From an uncultured Thermoleophilaceae bacterium (GTDB lineage Bacteria > Actinomycetota > Thermoleophilia > Solirubrobacterales > Thermoleophilaceae): 64,000 nt of DNA. Location of the stretch: assembly GCA_963820315.1 (NCBI GenBank), contig CAWFZK010000046.1:6396-70395 (forward strand). Reading direction: 5' to 3'. The notes under the pieces were generated by a model. It saw only the letters and a list, made by a program, of their open reading frames with translations, was not told where the DNA came from and did not search any database. Below, piece by piece: positions 45,838 to 54,786 of the stretch. A program made the translations under genes and the position numbers. Numbering within the stretch: position 1 is the stretch's first letter; each line of letters opens with the position of its first letter.

Positions 45838-47028
45838 TTAGCGCAGTGTCCTGAACGTCGCGCGCAGCTCTTCGGAGAGGATCTGTGGCTGCTCCCAGGC
45901 GGCGAAGTGGCCGCCTGCGTCCACCTTGTTGAAGTGGATGAGCTTGGGATACGCCTTCTCCGCCCAGCTGCGCGGAGCCGGGTAGAGCTCGTCGGGGAAG
46001 ACGGTCACGCCGACCGGGATCTCGACGCCCTTGACGTCGAAGAAGGCCAGCTTGCTCTCCCAGTAGAGGCGCCCCGAGGAGACCCCCGAGTTGGTGAGCC
46101 AGTAGTGCGTGACGTTGTCGAGGACGTCGTCTCGCGAGAGCCCGCCGGGTCGCCCGGCGAAGGCGCGCGCGATGAGCTGGTAGCTGCGCTCGTCGTGGTC
46201 GATCATCCAGGCCGCCAGGCCGACCGGCGAGTCCGCGACGCCGTAGAGCGTCTGCGGCCGGTTGGCCATCTCGGTGGAGTAGCCCACGCCGGTCGCGAAG
46301 AAGTGCTTCAGGATCTCGAACGCCTCGTCCTCGTCGGGCGCGAGACCGTCCGGCTTCGGGCCGCCGCTGGCGAGCGCCTTCGAAACGTCGGGCGGAACGG
46401 TCGCCGGCATGTTCGTGTGGATGCCCAGCAATCCCTCGGGCTTCAGCAATGCCATCTGCTCCGTGACGGCGTTCCCCCAGTCACCGCCCTGCGCGACGAA
46501 CCGCGCGTACTCGAGGCGCTCCATCAAGACGACCCACGCCCGTGCGATGCGAATGGGGTCCCAGCCGGTCTCGGTCGGCTTCCCCGAGAACCCGTGGCCC
46601 GGCAGGGACGGAATCACGAGATGGAAAGCGTCAGCGGGGCTCCCGCCGTGGTCCGTGGGGTTGGTGAGCGGCTCGATGATCTTCAGCTGCTCGATGGTCG
46701 AGCCCGGCCATCCGTGGGTGACGATCAGCGGCAGCGCGTCCTCATGCTTGGAGCGAACGTGAATGAAGTGGATGTCCACCCCGTCGATCTCGGTGATGAA
46801 GTGCGGCAGGGCGGCGAAGCGCTCCTCGAACCTGCGCCAGTCGTACTGCGTCGCCCAATAGCTGGCCAGGGCCTGGATCGTCTCGAGCTGCACGCCCTGG
46901 GAGTCATCCGTCTCCCGGTCGGGCCACTTCGTCGCGTTTATGCGGCTGCGCAGGTCGCTGAGCTCGTCGTCCGAGACGTCGATCTCGAAGGGGCGGATCT
47001 CCGTGGCACTGCTGGTCTGAATCGACAT
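45838..47028 (-). CDS. epoxide hydrolase (EHN N-terminal domain plus alpha/beta hydrolase)
   Basis: ATG at 47028 preceded by GGAGGAG, in frame in ORF 45838-48099. IRPFEIDVSDDELSDLRSRI, HGWPGS, and QGGDWG nucleophile. Confidence 0.9.
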   Translation of the reverse strand: MSIQTSSATEIRPFEIDVSDDELSDLRSRINATKWPDRETDDSQGVQLETIQALASYWATQYDWRRFEERFAALPHFITEIDGVDIHFIHVRSKHEDALPLIVTHGWPGSTIEQLKIIEPLTNPTDHGGSPADAFHLVIPSLPGHGFSGKPTETGWDPIRIARAWVVLMERLEYARFVAQGGDWGNAVTEQMALLKPEGLLGIHTNMPATVPPDVSKALASGGPKPDGLAPDEDEAFEILKHFFATGVGYSTEMANRPQTLYGVADSPVGLAAWMIDHDERSYQLIARAFAGRPGGLSRDDVLDNVTHYWLTNSGVSSGRLYWESKLAFFDVKGVEIPVGVTVFPDELYPAPRSWAEKAYPKLIHFNKVDAGGHFAAWEQPQILSEELRATFRTLR

Positions 47029-47181
47029 CTGTTTCTCCTCCTGTGCCGCTGTGCACGTAGGAAGCTGACGGCTCCATCGACACTTCGCGCCCGTGAAGAC
47101 CCTGGTACGCGCCCCGGGCCGTGGCGCTGACCAGTCATTTAACGGGCGCGAAGAACGGCCCGAGCGCGGAAGCTGCGCTCC

Positions 47182-48006
47182 ATGCCTACGACGACAACCC
47201 CACAGGTGCACTTCCGTACCGTCGCCGGAGTCCGCATCCGCTACGCCGACACTGGCGGCTTGCAGGAACCCACGGTCCTGCTCACCAGCCCGTGGCCGGA
47301 GAGCCTGTACGCGTTCGAGCCGATGTGGCCTGTGCTCGCCGAGCACGCCCGGCTCTTCGCCGTCGACCTGCCCGGCTTCGGCGCATCCGAACGCCGAGAC
47401 GAGCTCCTGTCTCCGCGTGCCATGGGCGACTTCCTGGCAGAGCTCATCGCCGAGGTCGGTCTCGGACGGCCCCACATCGTCGGGCCCGACGTCGGAACGG
47501 CGGCCACCTTGTTTGCTGCTGCAGCCCATCCGGAGCGGGTCGCGAGCGTGATCGTCGGCACCGGCGGAACCGCGGTCCCACTCCAGCTTGGCGAGCCACT
47601 CGCCTCGTGGGTACTCGACCCTGACCTCGACAAGTACCGCAGGATGGACCCGCGCACGATCGTCGGCGCCGCGCTGGACACGATCGCGGGCGGTGTACCC
47701 GACGACGTCCGCGCGGACTACCTCGACTGCTACGACGGAGACCGCTTCGTCGAGTCCATGCGCTACGTCCGCCGGTATCCGCAGGAACTGCCCGAGCTTG
47801 CCGAGCTGCTTCCACAGATCACGACGCCGGTCACGATCATCAACGGTCGTAACGACAGCGTGGTTCCGCTCGCCAACGCCGAGTTTCTCGACGACCGGCT
47901 GCCCAACAGCCGCGTCGTGATCATCGACGGCGGCCACTTCATCTGGGAGGAGGCCCCGACGGAGTACGCGTCGATCGTCCTCGACGCGATTGCGAGCAAC
48001 CGCTAG
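47182..48006 (+). CDS. alpha/beta hydrolase
   Basis: 274 aa. The LLTSPWPES ... VGPDVGT ... GGHFIWEE pattern is haloalkane dehalogenase/epoxide hydrolase-like. Confidence 0.85.
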   Translation: MPTTTTPQVHFRTVAGVRIRYADTGGLQEPTVLLTSPWPESLYAFEPMWPVLAEHARLFAVDLPGFGASERRDELLSPRAMGDFLAELIAEVGLGRPHIVGPDVGTAATLFAAAAHPERVASVIVGTGGTAVPLQLGEPLASWVLDPDLDKYRRMDPRTIVGAALDTIAGGVPDDVRADYLDCYDGDRFVESMRYVRRYPQELPELAELLPQITTPVTIINGRNDSVVPLANAEFLDDRLPNSRVVIIDGGHFIWEEAPTEYASIVLDAIASNR

Positions 48007-50786
48007 GCCGGCTCCCTCGGGCCCGCTTCCGGCAACGCCTCGCGGAGGTCCCAGCGTGAGCTGACCCCGAGCTTCGCGAACACCTTGCGCAGGTGCCACT
48101 CGACCGTGCGGGGGCTGATGAAGAGCTGCGCGCCGATCTCGGGATTCGTGCTTCCTTCGGCTGCCAGTCGCGCGATCTGAGCTTCCTGAGCGGTCAAATC
48201 GTCACGTGCTTCGACGCTGCGCTTTCGAACCGTCTCGCCGGTGGCCGCCAGCTCTCGCCGAGCGCGGTCGGCGAACCCCTCCATACCCACGGCGGCGTAG
48301 GTCTCGTGCGCGCTGCGCAGCTGCGCGCGCGCCTCGGCCCGCCGGCCCTCTCGGCGCAGCCACTCCCCGTACAGGAGCTGGCCGCGCGAGAGCGCGACCC
48401 TCACGCGCGTGCGGGCCAGGCGTTCGATCGCCTCGCGGTAGAGGCGATCAGCCTCTTCGCCCTCACTGACGAGCGCCCGCGAGCGCGCCTCCACCCCCAG
48501 AGCCCAGTCGGTTCCACTTGCCCGGCTGATCTCCTGGAGGCGCCGGAGAGGAGCGCTGGTGCGCTCAGGCACCCCCGCCCGCACGGCCGCCTCGATGAAC
48601 TCGGTCGGCACCCAGGTCGACACGCCGAGCTCGTGGGGGTCCGTGCCGGCCCGCTCGGAAACCGCGAGCGCTTCCGAGTAGCGCCCGAGGCTGTTGAACA
48701 GGACTGCGCTCGCCCATTCCGTCGCAACAAGCCACAGGCCCTCGCCGCGACGCTCCACCTCCTGACGGCTGGCCTCGATCAGCGTGGACACCTCGTCCTC
48801 CGAGCCACGCCACGCAGCCAGGGCGATCGCGCCCTGAGGCGCGAGGTGGCTGCCGGTGGCCTCGACGACCGCCTCCGCCTCCGTGACCAGCGCCTCCGCC
48901 GCGTGCAGGTCACCGAGAAACAGCTGCACGCCGAAGCGCTCGATGAGCGCGATGGGGAGCAGCGAGAGCGCGCCCGCCGCGCGGGCGAGCCGCACCTGCC
49001 GGGCGGTCAGCTCGTCCCAGCTCGCGTCGTCGCCCAACGCCCGCGCCACACGGCACGCGAGCCACAGCCAGCGCAGCGCGTCCTCTTCGGACATCGGCTC
49101 GTCGCGGAAGGCTCCGAGCGCGCGCTTCAGCGTTGGCGCGCCCGCCGCGTAGCCTTGCGTCGTCAGCACGGCCACGCCTTCGAGAAGCAGATCGAATGCG
49201 CGCGGCGACTGCTCGCCTGACTCACCCCAGTCGGCGGCAAGGACGGCCTCCGCGACCTCGCGCACGCCGGCGCCCTGAGCGAGGCGACCGGCAAAGAGCG
49301 CGGCGGAGAATGCGTCGAGGTAGGTCTCGCGGGAGAGCTTGGCGTCGAGCTTCTCGAGCCGCTTGGCGGCCGCGAGCAGCAGCGGCGGGGCATCTCGACC
49401 TCGATCGACGGCGAAGCGGATCTGCGCCCGCAGGAGCTCGGCGCGGGCGCGCTGAAGCTCATCGAGGGGCCCGGCCTCGGCCATGCCAAGGAGCTCGAGG
49501 GCGCCATCCGGCGCGCCCGCCTCCTGGCTGCACTGCGCGGCGGCGAGAGCGCGGCGCGCGCGCGGCTCGGGTTCGGGCGTCAGATCGGCGGCCCGTCTGA
49601 GGAAGGCGGCCGCCGCGGCGAGGCCCCCGCGCGCCTGTGCTCGGCCGGCCGACCGCTCCAGCTCGGCGGCAACCTGCTCGTCGAGCCCCGGCGTCGCGTG
49701 CGCGAGATGCCAGGCTCGGCGGTCGGGGTCGGCGTCCGGGTCGGTCGCCTCGGCAAGAGCGCGGTGCGCGCGCAGGCGGTCGGCCAGCGCCGACGACCGG
49801 TAGACAGCCGATCGCACTAGCGGGTGACGGAATCGAACGCGCACTCCGAACTCGAGGAGCCCGGCGCGCGACGCCGGTACGGCCGCCTGGGCGCCGACAC
49901 CCAGCAGCTCGGCCGCGCGCCACACGGTCAGGGGATCGCCCACCGGCTCGGCCGCGGCGATGAGCAGGAGCTCCCGGCTGCTGGGAGGAAGCCCGCTCAG
50001 CCGCCTCCGGAAGCTCTCCTCGATATGACGGGAGAGCGCCGAACCTGTCGGCAGCCCGAATCCACCGGCCAGCTCGGCGTGGCTGAGGCCGTGCGGCAGC
50101 TCCAGCAGCGCCAGCGGATTCCCACGGGTTTCCGCCACGATCCGGTCGCGAACCCGCTCGTCCAGCGGGCCCGTGACCACCGACGCGAGCAGGGCGCGCG
50201 CGTCGTCGCCTGCGAGGCCGTCGACCACCAGCTCCGGAAGCCCCGCCAGCTCCCTGCCGAACTCGCGCTCGGCGAACACGACCGCGACCCCCTCCGCGCG
50301 CACTCGCCGCGCTACGAAGGCGAGCGCCTGCGCCGACTCGCGATCGAGCCACTGCGCATCGTCCACCTCCCAGAGCACCGGCCGCTCGGCGGCCACGTCG
50401 GACAGAAGCGTCAGCGTTGCCAGCCCGACGAGAAATCGGTCCGGTGGCTCGCCGGACCTACTCAGCCCGAAGGCCGTGGACAGCGCGTCGCGCTGCGGTT
50501 CCGGCAGAAGGCTCAGGCCATCCAGCATCGGCAGGCAGAGTTGATGCAGGGCGGCGAACGGAAGCTCCATCTCGGACTCGACGCCTGCGGCCCGCACGAC
50601 TTGGCATCGCGACGCCTGCGCCTCCAGGTAGTCCAGCAACGCGGTCTTGCCGACCCCCGGCTCGCCGCGCAGGACAAGCGCTCCGCTGTCGCCCGCAAGA
50701 ACAGCCGCGACAATTCGATCGAGGGTCTCGCACTCGCTCCGGCGACCCCGCAGAGCGCGGCCGTCGTCGCGGCTCAGTGTCGCCAC
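48003..50786 (-). CDS. large ATP-binding LuxR-family (LAL/MalT-like) transcriptional regulator
   Basis: 927 aa. N-terminal P-loop GEPGVGKTAL, Walker B-like VLWEVDDAQWLD, a helical repeat middle region, and a C-terminal LuxR HTH (LTAQEAQIARLAAEGSTNPEIGAQLFISPRTVEWHLRKVFAKLGV). Confidence 0.9.
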   Translation of the reverse strand: MATLSRDDGRALRGRRSECETLDRIVAAVLAGDSGALVLRGEPGVGKTALLDYLEAQASRCQVVRAAGVESEMELPFAALHQLCLPMLDGLSLLPEPQRDALSTAFGLSRSGEPPDRFLVGLATLTLLSDVAAERPVLWEVDDAQWLDRESAQALAFVARRVRAEGVAVVFAEREFGRELAGLPELVVDGLAGDDARALLASVVTGPLDERVRDRIVAETRGNPLALLELPHGLSHAELAGGFGLPTGSALSRHIEESFRRRLSGLPPSSRELLLIAAAEPVGDPLTVWRAAELLGVGAQAAVPASRAGLLEFGVRVRFRHPLVRSAVYRSSALADRLRAHRALAEATDPDADPDRRAWHLAHATPGLDEQVAAELERSAGRAQARGGLAAAAAFLRRAADLTPEPEPRARRALAAAQCSQEAGAPDGALELLGMAEAGPLDELQRARAELLRAQIRFAVDRGRDAPPLLLAAAKRLEKLDAKLSRETYLDAFSAALFAGRLAQGAGVREVAEAVLAADWGESGEQSPRAFDLLLEGVAVLTTQGYAAGAPTLKRALGAFRDEPMSEEDALRWLWLACRVARALGDDASWDELTARQVRLARAAGALSLLPIALIERFGVQLFLGDLHAAEALVTEAEAVVEATGSHLAPQGAIALAAWRGSEDEVSTLIEASRQEVERRGEGLWLVATEWASAVLFNSLGRYSEALAVSERAGTDPHELGVSTWVPTEFIEAAVRAGVPERTSAPLRRLQEISRASGTDWALGVEARSRALVSEGEEADRLYREAIERLARTRVRVALSRGQLLYGEWLRREGRRAEARAQLRSAHETYAAVGMEGFADRARRELAATGETVRKRSVEARDDLTAQEAQIARLAAEGSTNPEIGAQLFISPRTVEWHLRKVFAKLGVSSRWDLREALPEAGPREPA

Positions 50787-50844
50787 CGGGAAAGGCTACT
50801 TTCGCACCGGCGGAGCTGGCAAGCGCCCGCCGGGCCGGCCGGGC

Positions 50845-52395
50845 TCAGCTCGGCAGCATCCAACCCAGCACCGATGTCGATTGCAGGTACACCAGAGCGC
50901 AGATGATGAGCAGCAGCGCGATGCTCCAGCCGACAACCTTGCGCAGGACCCCGCCCTCGCTGCCCGCGATGCCGACCGCCGCGGCCGCGATGGCGAGGTG
51001 CTGAGCCGAGGTCATCTTGCCCAGCACGCCACCGGACGCGTTTGCGGCGGCGAGCAGGTTCGCCGAGGTACCGATGTCCTGCGCGGCGGCCACCTGTACG
51101 CCACCGAACAGAGCGTTCGAAGCCGTGTCCGAGCCCGTCACGGCGACTCCCAGCCAGCCGATGGCCGGTGCGAGGAACGCGTAGAAGGAGCCTGCTCCCG
51201 CGGCCCACAGGCCGAGGGTGAGCGTCTCGCCTGACTGGTTGACGACGTAGGCCAGCGCGAGGACGGAGGTCACGACCAGGATCGCGGTCCTGAGCTGCAC
51301 CAGCGTCGTGTGCGCAACCCTCAGCGCGCGCGCCGGGGCGAGCCCGATCACCGCCATGGTGATCAGTCCGGAGATCAGCATGAGGGTCCCCGCGGCGGGC
51401 AGCCAGTTGAAGTGGAACGTGGCGCTGGGCAGAGCGTCTCCGTCTGGACTGCGCACGTCGAGGCCCGGCCACTGAAAGCTCGCGGTCCACGGCGACTCGG
51501 CGAGCGCAGTCTTGACCGCCGGCAGCTGCGCGAGCGAGAACACCGCGAGGATGACGAGGTACGGGGCGTATGCGCGCAGGATCTCGGCAGGTGGGTCCTT
51601 GGCCGTTTCGTAGCCGCGCGCGGGCTCGGCGACAAGCGGGTCAACCGGCGCCCAGACCTGCAGGAGCGCCACGATCGCCGCGATGCTCGAGATCGACGCC
51701 ACGATGTCCGTCAGCTCGACCGAGATGTAGTTCGAGCATGTGAACTGGGCGACGGCGAAGGCGAGCCCGCCGACTGCCGCTGCCGGCCAGGCCTGCCTGA
51801 TCCCGCGCCGGCCGTCGACCATGCCGACCAGGATGAAAGGGACGATCAGCGCCAGCAGCGGCGTCTGGCGGCCGACCGTCGCGCCAAGCTCGCCCGCCTC
51901 GAGCCCCGTGACATCGGCGAGCGTCGTGATGGGGATCCCGAGGGCGCCGAACGGCACGGCCGCCGTGTTCCCGAGCACCGCGAGGGCGGCCGCCTTGATC
52001 GGCCTGAAGCCCAGCGCGACCAACATGACCGCAGTGATTGCGGCCGGGGCGCCGAAGCCGGCGATCGCCTCCATCAGCGCTCCGAAGCAGAAGGCGATCA
52101 GCACCGCCTGGATCCGCTGATCCTCCGAGACCGAGGAGATCGATCGGCGCAGCACGGCGAAGTGCCCGGTCTCGACGGTCATGTTGTAGACCCAGATCGC
52201 CGCGACGACGATCCACATGATCGGGAAGAGGCCGAACGTCGCTCCCTCGGCGGCCGAGAGGACCGCCTGATCCACGGGCATGCCGTAGATCACCGTGGCG
52301 ACCGCGATAGCCGTGACGAGCGCGATCGGCGCCGCCCACTGCGCCTTCATCTTCAGCGCGCCGAGCAGGACGATCAGCGTCAGGATCGGCAGCAC
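50845..52395 (-). CDS. lctP: L-lactate permease (LctP family); conserved N-terminus extends upstream to ~52455 without a canonical start
   Basis: 516 aa from GTG 52395. LFPIMWIVVAAIWVYN and FGALMEAIAGFGAPAAI are typical of LctP. The upstream in-frame FYIQDFDPVADSLGLTAAIA also looks native. Confidence 0.85.
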   Translation of the reverse strand: MLPILTLIVLLGALKMKAQWAAPIALVTAIAVATVIYGMPVDQAVLSAAEGATFGLFPIMWIVVAAIWVYNMTVETGHFAVLRRSISSVSEDQRIQAVLIAFCFGALMEAIAGFGAPAAITAVMLVALGFRPIKAAALAVLGNTAAVPFGALGIPITTLADVTGLEAGELGATVGRQTPLLALIVPFILVGMVDGRRGIRQAWPAAAVGGLAFAVAQFTCSNYISVELTDIVASISSIAAIVALLQVWAPVDPLVAEPARGYETAKDPPAEILRAYAPYLVILAVFSLAQLPAVKTALAESPWTASFQWPGLDVRSPDGDALPSATFHFNWLPAAGTLMLISGLITMAVIGLAPARALRVAHTTLVQLRTAILVVTSVLALAYVVNQSGETLTLGLWAAGAGSFYAFLAPAIGWLGVAVTGSDTASNALFGGVQVAAAQDIGTSANLLAAANASGGVLGKMTSAQHLAIAAAAVGIAGSEGGVLRKVVGWSIALLLIICALVYLQSTSVLGWMLPS

Positions 52396-52540
52396 GGCAA
52401 TGGCCGCCGTCAGCCCGAGCGAGTCCGCGACCGGATCGAAGTCCTGGATGTAGAAAGCCCCTCCTCGCCGCTAGAGGCCGGTGACTCTCCCATCGATGGC
52501 GCCTCCGCGCCAGTGGGCGCGAGCGGTTCGGTGAGGCGGC

Positions 52541-53116
52541 CTAGAGGCCGAGCTCGCGCACGCCGCGCTCGCCCCAGCCGAGGTGGTGGGCCAGCTCGTG
52601 GCGCAGGGTGCGCACCACCTGGGCGCGCAGCAGGTCGCGGTCGTAGCCGAAGTCGCGCTCGAGAGTGTCCTGGTAGAGCACGATCCGGTCTGGGTAGTTG
52701 TCGCGCGCAACGGTGTCGCCGAAGTAGTGCCCGTACGCGCGATTCTCGACGCCGTGCTGCGAGACCACCACCGGCGTGTCATCGAGCAGCCGCTGGAAGT
52801 CGAGCGGGAGCTCGTCGATGGCCTCCGCCACGAGCAGGTCGAACTCGGTGGTCTCCGCCCGGAGCTCCGGCTGCTCGGCCAGCACCTCGGAGCGGCGGAC
52901 GAGCCGCTCGAACTCGTGCTCGGTCATCGAGTCACGGCCCGTGAGCGCGACGGTCGCCCAGGCCGTGCCGAGCAGCAGGAGCAGGCCGCCGCCGATGAAC
53001 ACCATGAGGCCCTCGGCGCCCGACAGTGACGGCGGGTTGAGGAGCAGCAGGAGGACGCCTACCGCGAAGAAGGCGGCGATGGCCGCCTTGATCGGTCCCC
53101 GGATGACGTCGCCCAT
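52541..53116 (-). CDS. membrane-anchored metallopeptidase family protein (minimal zincin, HExxH)
   Basis: 191 aa with two N-terminal TM helices. C-terminal domain with YGHYFG and RTLRHELAHHLGW. Confidence 0.8.
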   Translation of the reverse strand: MGDVIRGPIKAAIAAFFAVGVLLLLLNPPSLSGAEGLMVFIGGGLLLLLGTAWATVALTGRDSMTEHEFERLVRRSEVLAEQPELRAETTEFDLLVAEAIDELPLDFQRLLDDTPVVVSQHGVENRAYGHYFGDTVARDNYPDRIVLYQDTLERDFGYDRDLLRAQVVRTLRHELAHHLGWGERGVRELGL

Positions 53117-53150
53117 CCCTACGAGAGTAGGGACGGACGAGGCGCAACGA

Positions 53151-53321
53151 CTACTCGTCGGAGCCCGCGGCGCGTGGGTTGCCGGTCGCCGTGCCCTTCT
53201 CGCCCGGGACGCCGGGGTTCTCCTCGGCCTGCTTGCGGGCGGGTCCGCCGGCGTCGTCCGGGACCTGCTCTGCGGGTCCCTCCTCCGGCAGCTGGTCTGA
53301 CTCCTCGCGAGACGTCTCCAT
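53151..53321 (-). CDS. small acidic hypothetical protein (56 aa)
   Basis: ATG at 53321 overlaps by 1 nt (TGATG) the stop of the upstream small gene, in the frame of shadow ORF 53151-54161. METSREESDQLPEEGPAEQVPDDAGG... Confidence 0.45.
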   Translation of the reverse strand: METSREESDQLPEEGPAEQVPDDAGGPARKQAEENPGVPGEKGTATGNPRAAGSDE

Positions 53322-53547
53322 CACGGGCCGCCCTCCTCGCTGACGGTCTCCTCGTCTGCGGCGACGCCGGGGACCGACTCCTCTCCTCCTCGTCAGGATC
53401 GGGCTGCGCGCCGGGGATGGAGGGATCCTGCTCCTTGGCCTTCCAGTCGCTGCGAGCCTCCTCGATGCGCTCGCCGACCTTGTCGGAGTGCTCCTCCATC
53501 TCGGCGGCGTCGCGCTCCATCTCGCGAGCCTGCTCTTCGTGCTCCAT
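53321..53547 (-). pseudogene. small acidic coiled-coil-like protein, apparent frameshift in a GAG/GGA repeat near 53385
   Basis: ORF 53119-53547 starts MEHEEQAREMERDAAEMEEHSDKVGERIEEARSDWKAKEQDPSIPGAQPDPDEEE and then becomes Arg-rich. Another frame continues EESVPGVAADEETVSEEGGP to TGA at 53323-53321. Confidence 0.5.
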
Positions 53548-53556
53548 GGCGCGCTG

Positions 53557-54786
53557 TTACCCGCGCGCGGAGGCGACGAAAACCGTGACCGGCCCGCCCC
53601 CCGGGTCGACCCGCGCCGTCCACGCGTCCGGCAGCCGCCCGGAGCGCCCGGGCACGAGCCGGGCGAGCCGCCCGCTCCAGAGGGCGCGCCCGTCCTGCGC
53701 GACCTCGATGCGCGGATGCGTGAGGAACTCGCGCGAGCGCACGAGAAAGCGCCCGCGCGGCGGCGGGCCGCCGGCGAGCGCGCTCGGGCTGACCCACGCG
53801 AGCGGCGCCCGGGCCTCGATGCGCACGCGGCGGGCCGGCCAGTCGCCATCCGCCAGGAAGCGCGCCGCCGCCGCCCCGGCGTGGCGCCCGCTGAGCGCCG
53901 CGACGTCGCCCTGCTCCGCCCCGTGCAGAACGTTCCCGGCGGCGAACACGCCCGCGCGCGAGCTGCGCAGGGACTCGTCGACCAGCGGCGCGCCCGTGCC
54001 GGGATCGAGCTCGAGCCCGCCCATGACGGCCAGCTCGTTGTCCGGGATCCAGTCGGCGCTGAACACCACGGTCTCGCAGGCGACGCGGCGGGTGCCACCC
54101 CCGTCGAGCTCGCTGAGCTCGACCTCCTCGACGCGCGGGCGCCCATCGATCCGGCTGACACGAGTGCGCGTCCAGAGCGGCGTGCGGAAGCGAACCGCCG
54201 CGCCGGCCCGGAACGCGGCCAGCGATTGGTGCCGGGGAAGCTCGGTCGTCATTCCGACCGGCTGCGCGCCCCCGTGGGTGAGCGTCAGCAGCGCCGAGAA
54301 GCTCACGTGCTCCGCGCCGACCACGAGCGCGCGGCCGCCGATCCGCTCGCCCTTCAGGTAGACGAGCTGCTGGAGCGTGCTCGTCGTCATCACGCCGGCC
54401 GGCCGCGAGCCCGGCACGAGCCGCGCCGAGCGCGGCCGCTCGCGGCAGCCGCTGGCGAGGATCACCGCGTCGGGCGCGAGCAGCTCGCGCCCGCGCGGGC
54501 CGGTGAGCTCGAGCGGCCCGGCGGGCGACCAGCCCGTGACCATCGTCTCGGTGCGGAGCTCGGCGCCCGCACGGTCGGCGAGCTCCGCGAGCCGGCGCGC
54601 GTAGGCGGGGCCGGACAGCGGCCGGTGCAGGTCGCGCAGCCCGAAGCCCTGGTGGGCGGCGTGGCGCGGGATGCCACCCGGCTCGCGCTCCCGCTCGATC
54701 ACGACGACGTCGCGCACGCCGAGCCGGCCGAGCTCGCGCGCCGCCGCGAGGCCCGCGGGCCCGCCGCCCACGACCACGACGCTCAC
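53557..54786 (-). CDS. NAD(P)/FAD-dependent pyridine nucleotide-disulfide-type oxidoreductase (partner subunit)
   Basis: 409 aa. VVVVGGGPAGLAAA and a second dinucleotide fold ALVVGAEHVSFSA. GVFAAGNVLHGAE. 4-nt overlap with the upstream gene. Confidence 0.8.
   Translation of the reverse strand: MSVVVVGGGPAGLAAARELGRLGVRDVVVIEREREPGGIPRHAAHQGFGLRDLHRPLSGPAYARRLAELADRAGAELRTETMVTGWSPAGPLELTGPRGRELLAPDAVILASGCRERPRSARLVPGSRPAGVMTTSTLQQLVYLKGERIGGRALVVGAEHVSFSALLTLTHGGAQPVGMTTELPRHQSLAAFRAGAAVRFRTPLWTRTRVSRIDGRPRVEEVELSELDGGGTRRVACETVVFSADWIPDNELAVMGGLELDPGTGAPLVDESLRSSRAGVFAAGNVLHGAEQGDVAALSGRHAGAAAARFLADGDWPARRVRIEARAPLAWVSPSALAGGPPPRGRFLVRSREFLTHPRIEVAQDGRALWSGRLARLVPGRSGRLPDAWTARVDPGGGPVTVFVASARG

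Noticed and set aside
40167-48006. Genomic island integrated at tRNA-Ser
   Set aside because: I see no integrase, recombinase or transposase and no direct repeat of the tRNA 3' end downstream. Gene content is ordinary regulators and hydrolases. Only the frameshift clustering is unusual, and it is reported separately.
47029-48099. 357-codon N-terminal extension of the epoxide hydrolase ORF (45838-48099)
   Set aside because: The extension overlaps the alpha/beta hydrolase gene on the other strand. The family N-terminus and a GGAGGAG SD support ATG 47028.
53151-54161. 336-aa minus-strand ORF
   Set aside because: It is Arg/Ala/Pro-rich and overlaps the oxidoreductase gene frame (53557-54786). 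Only its last 56 codons, from ATG 53321, look like a genuine small acidic ORF.
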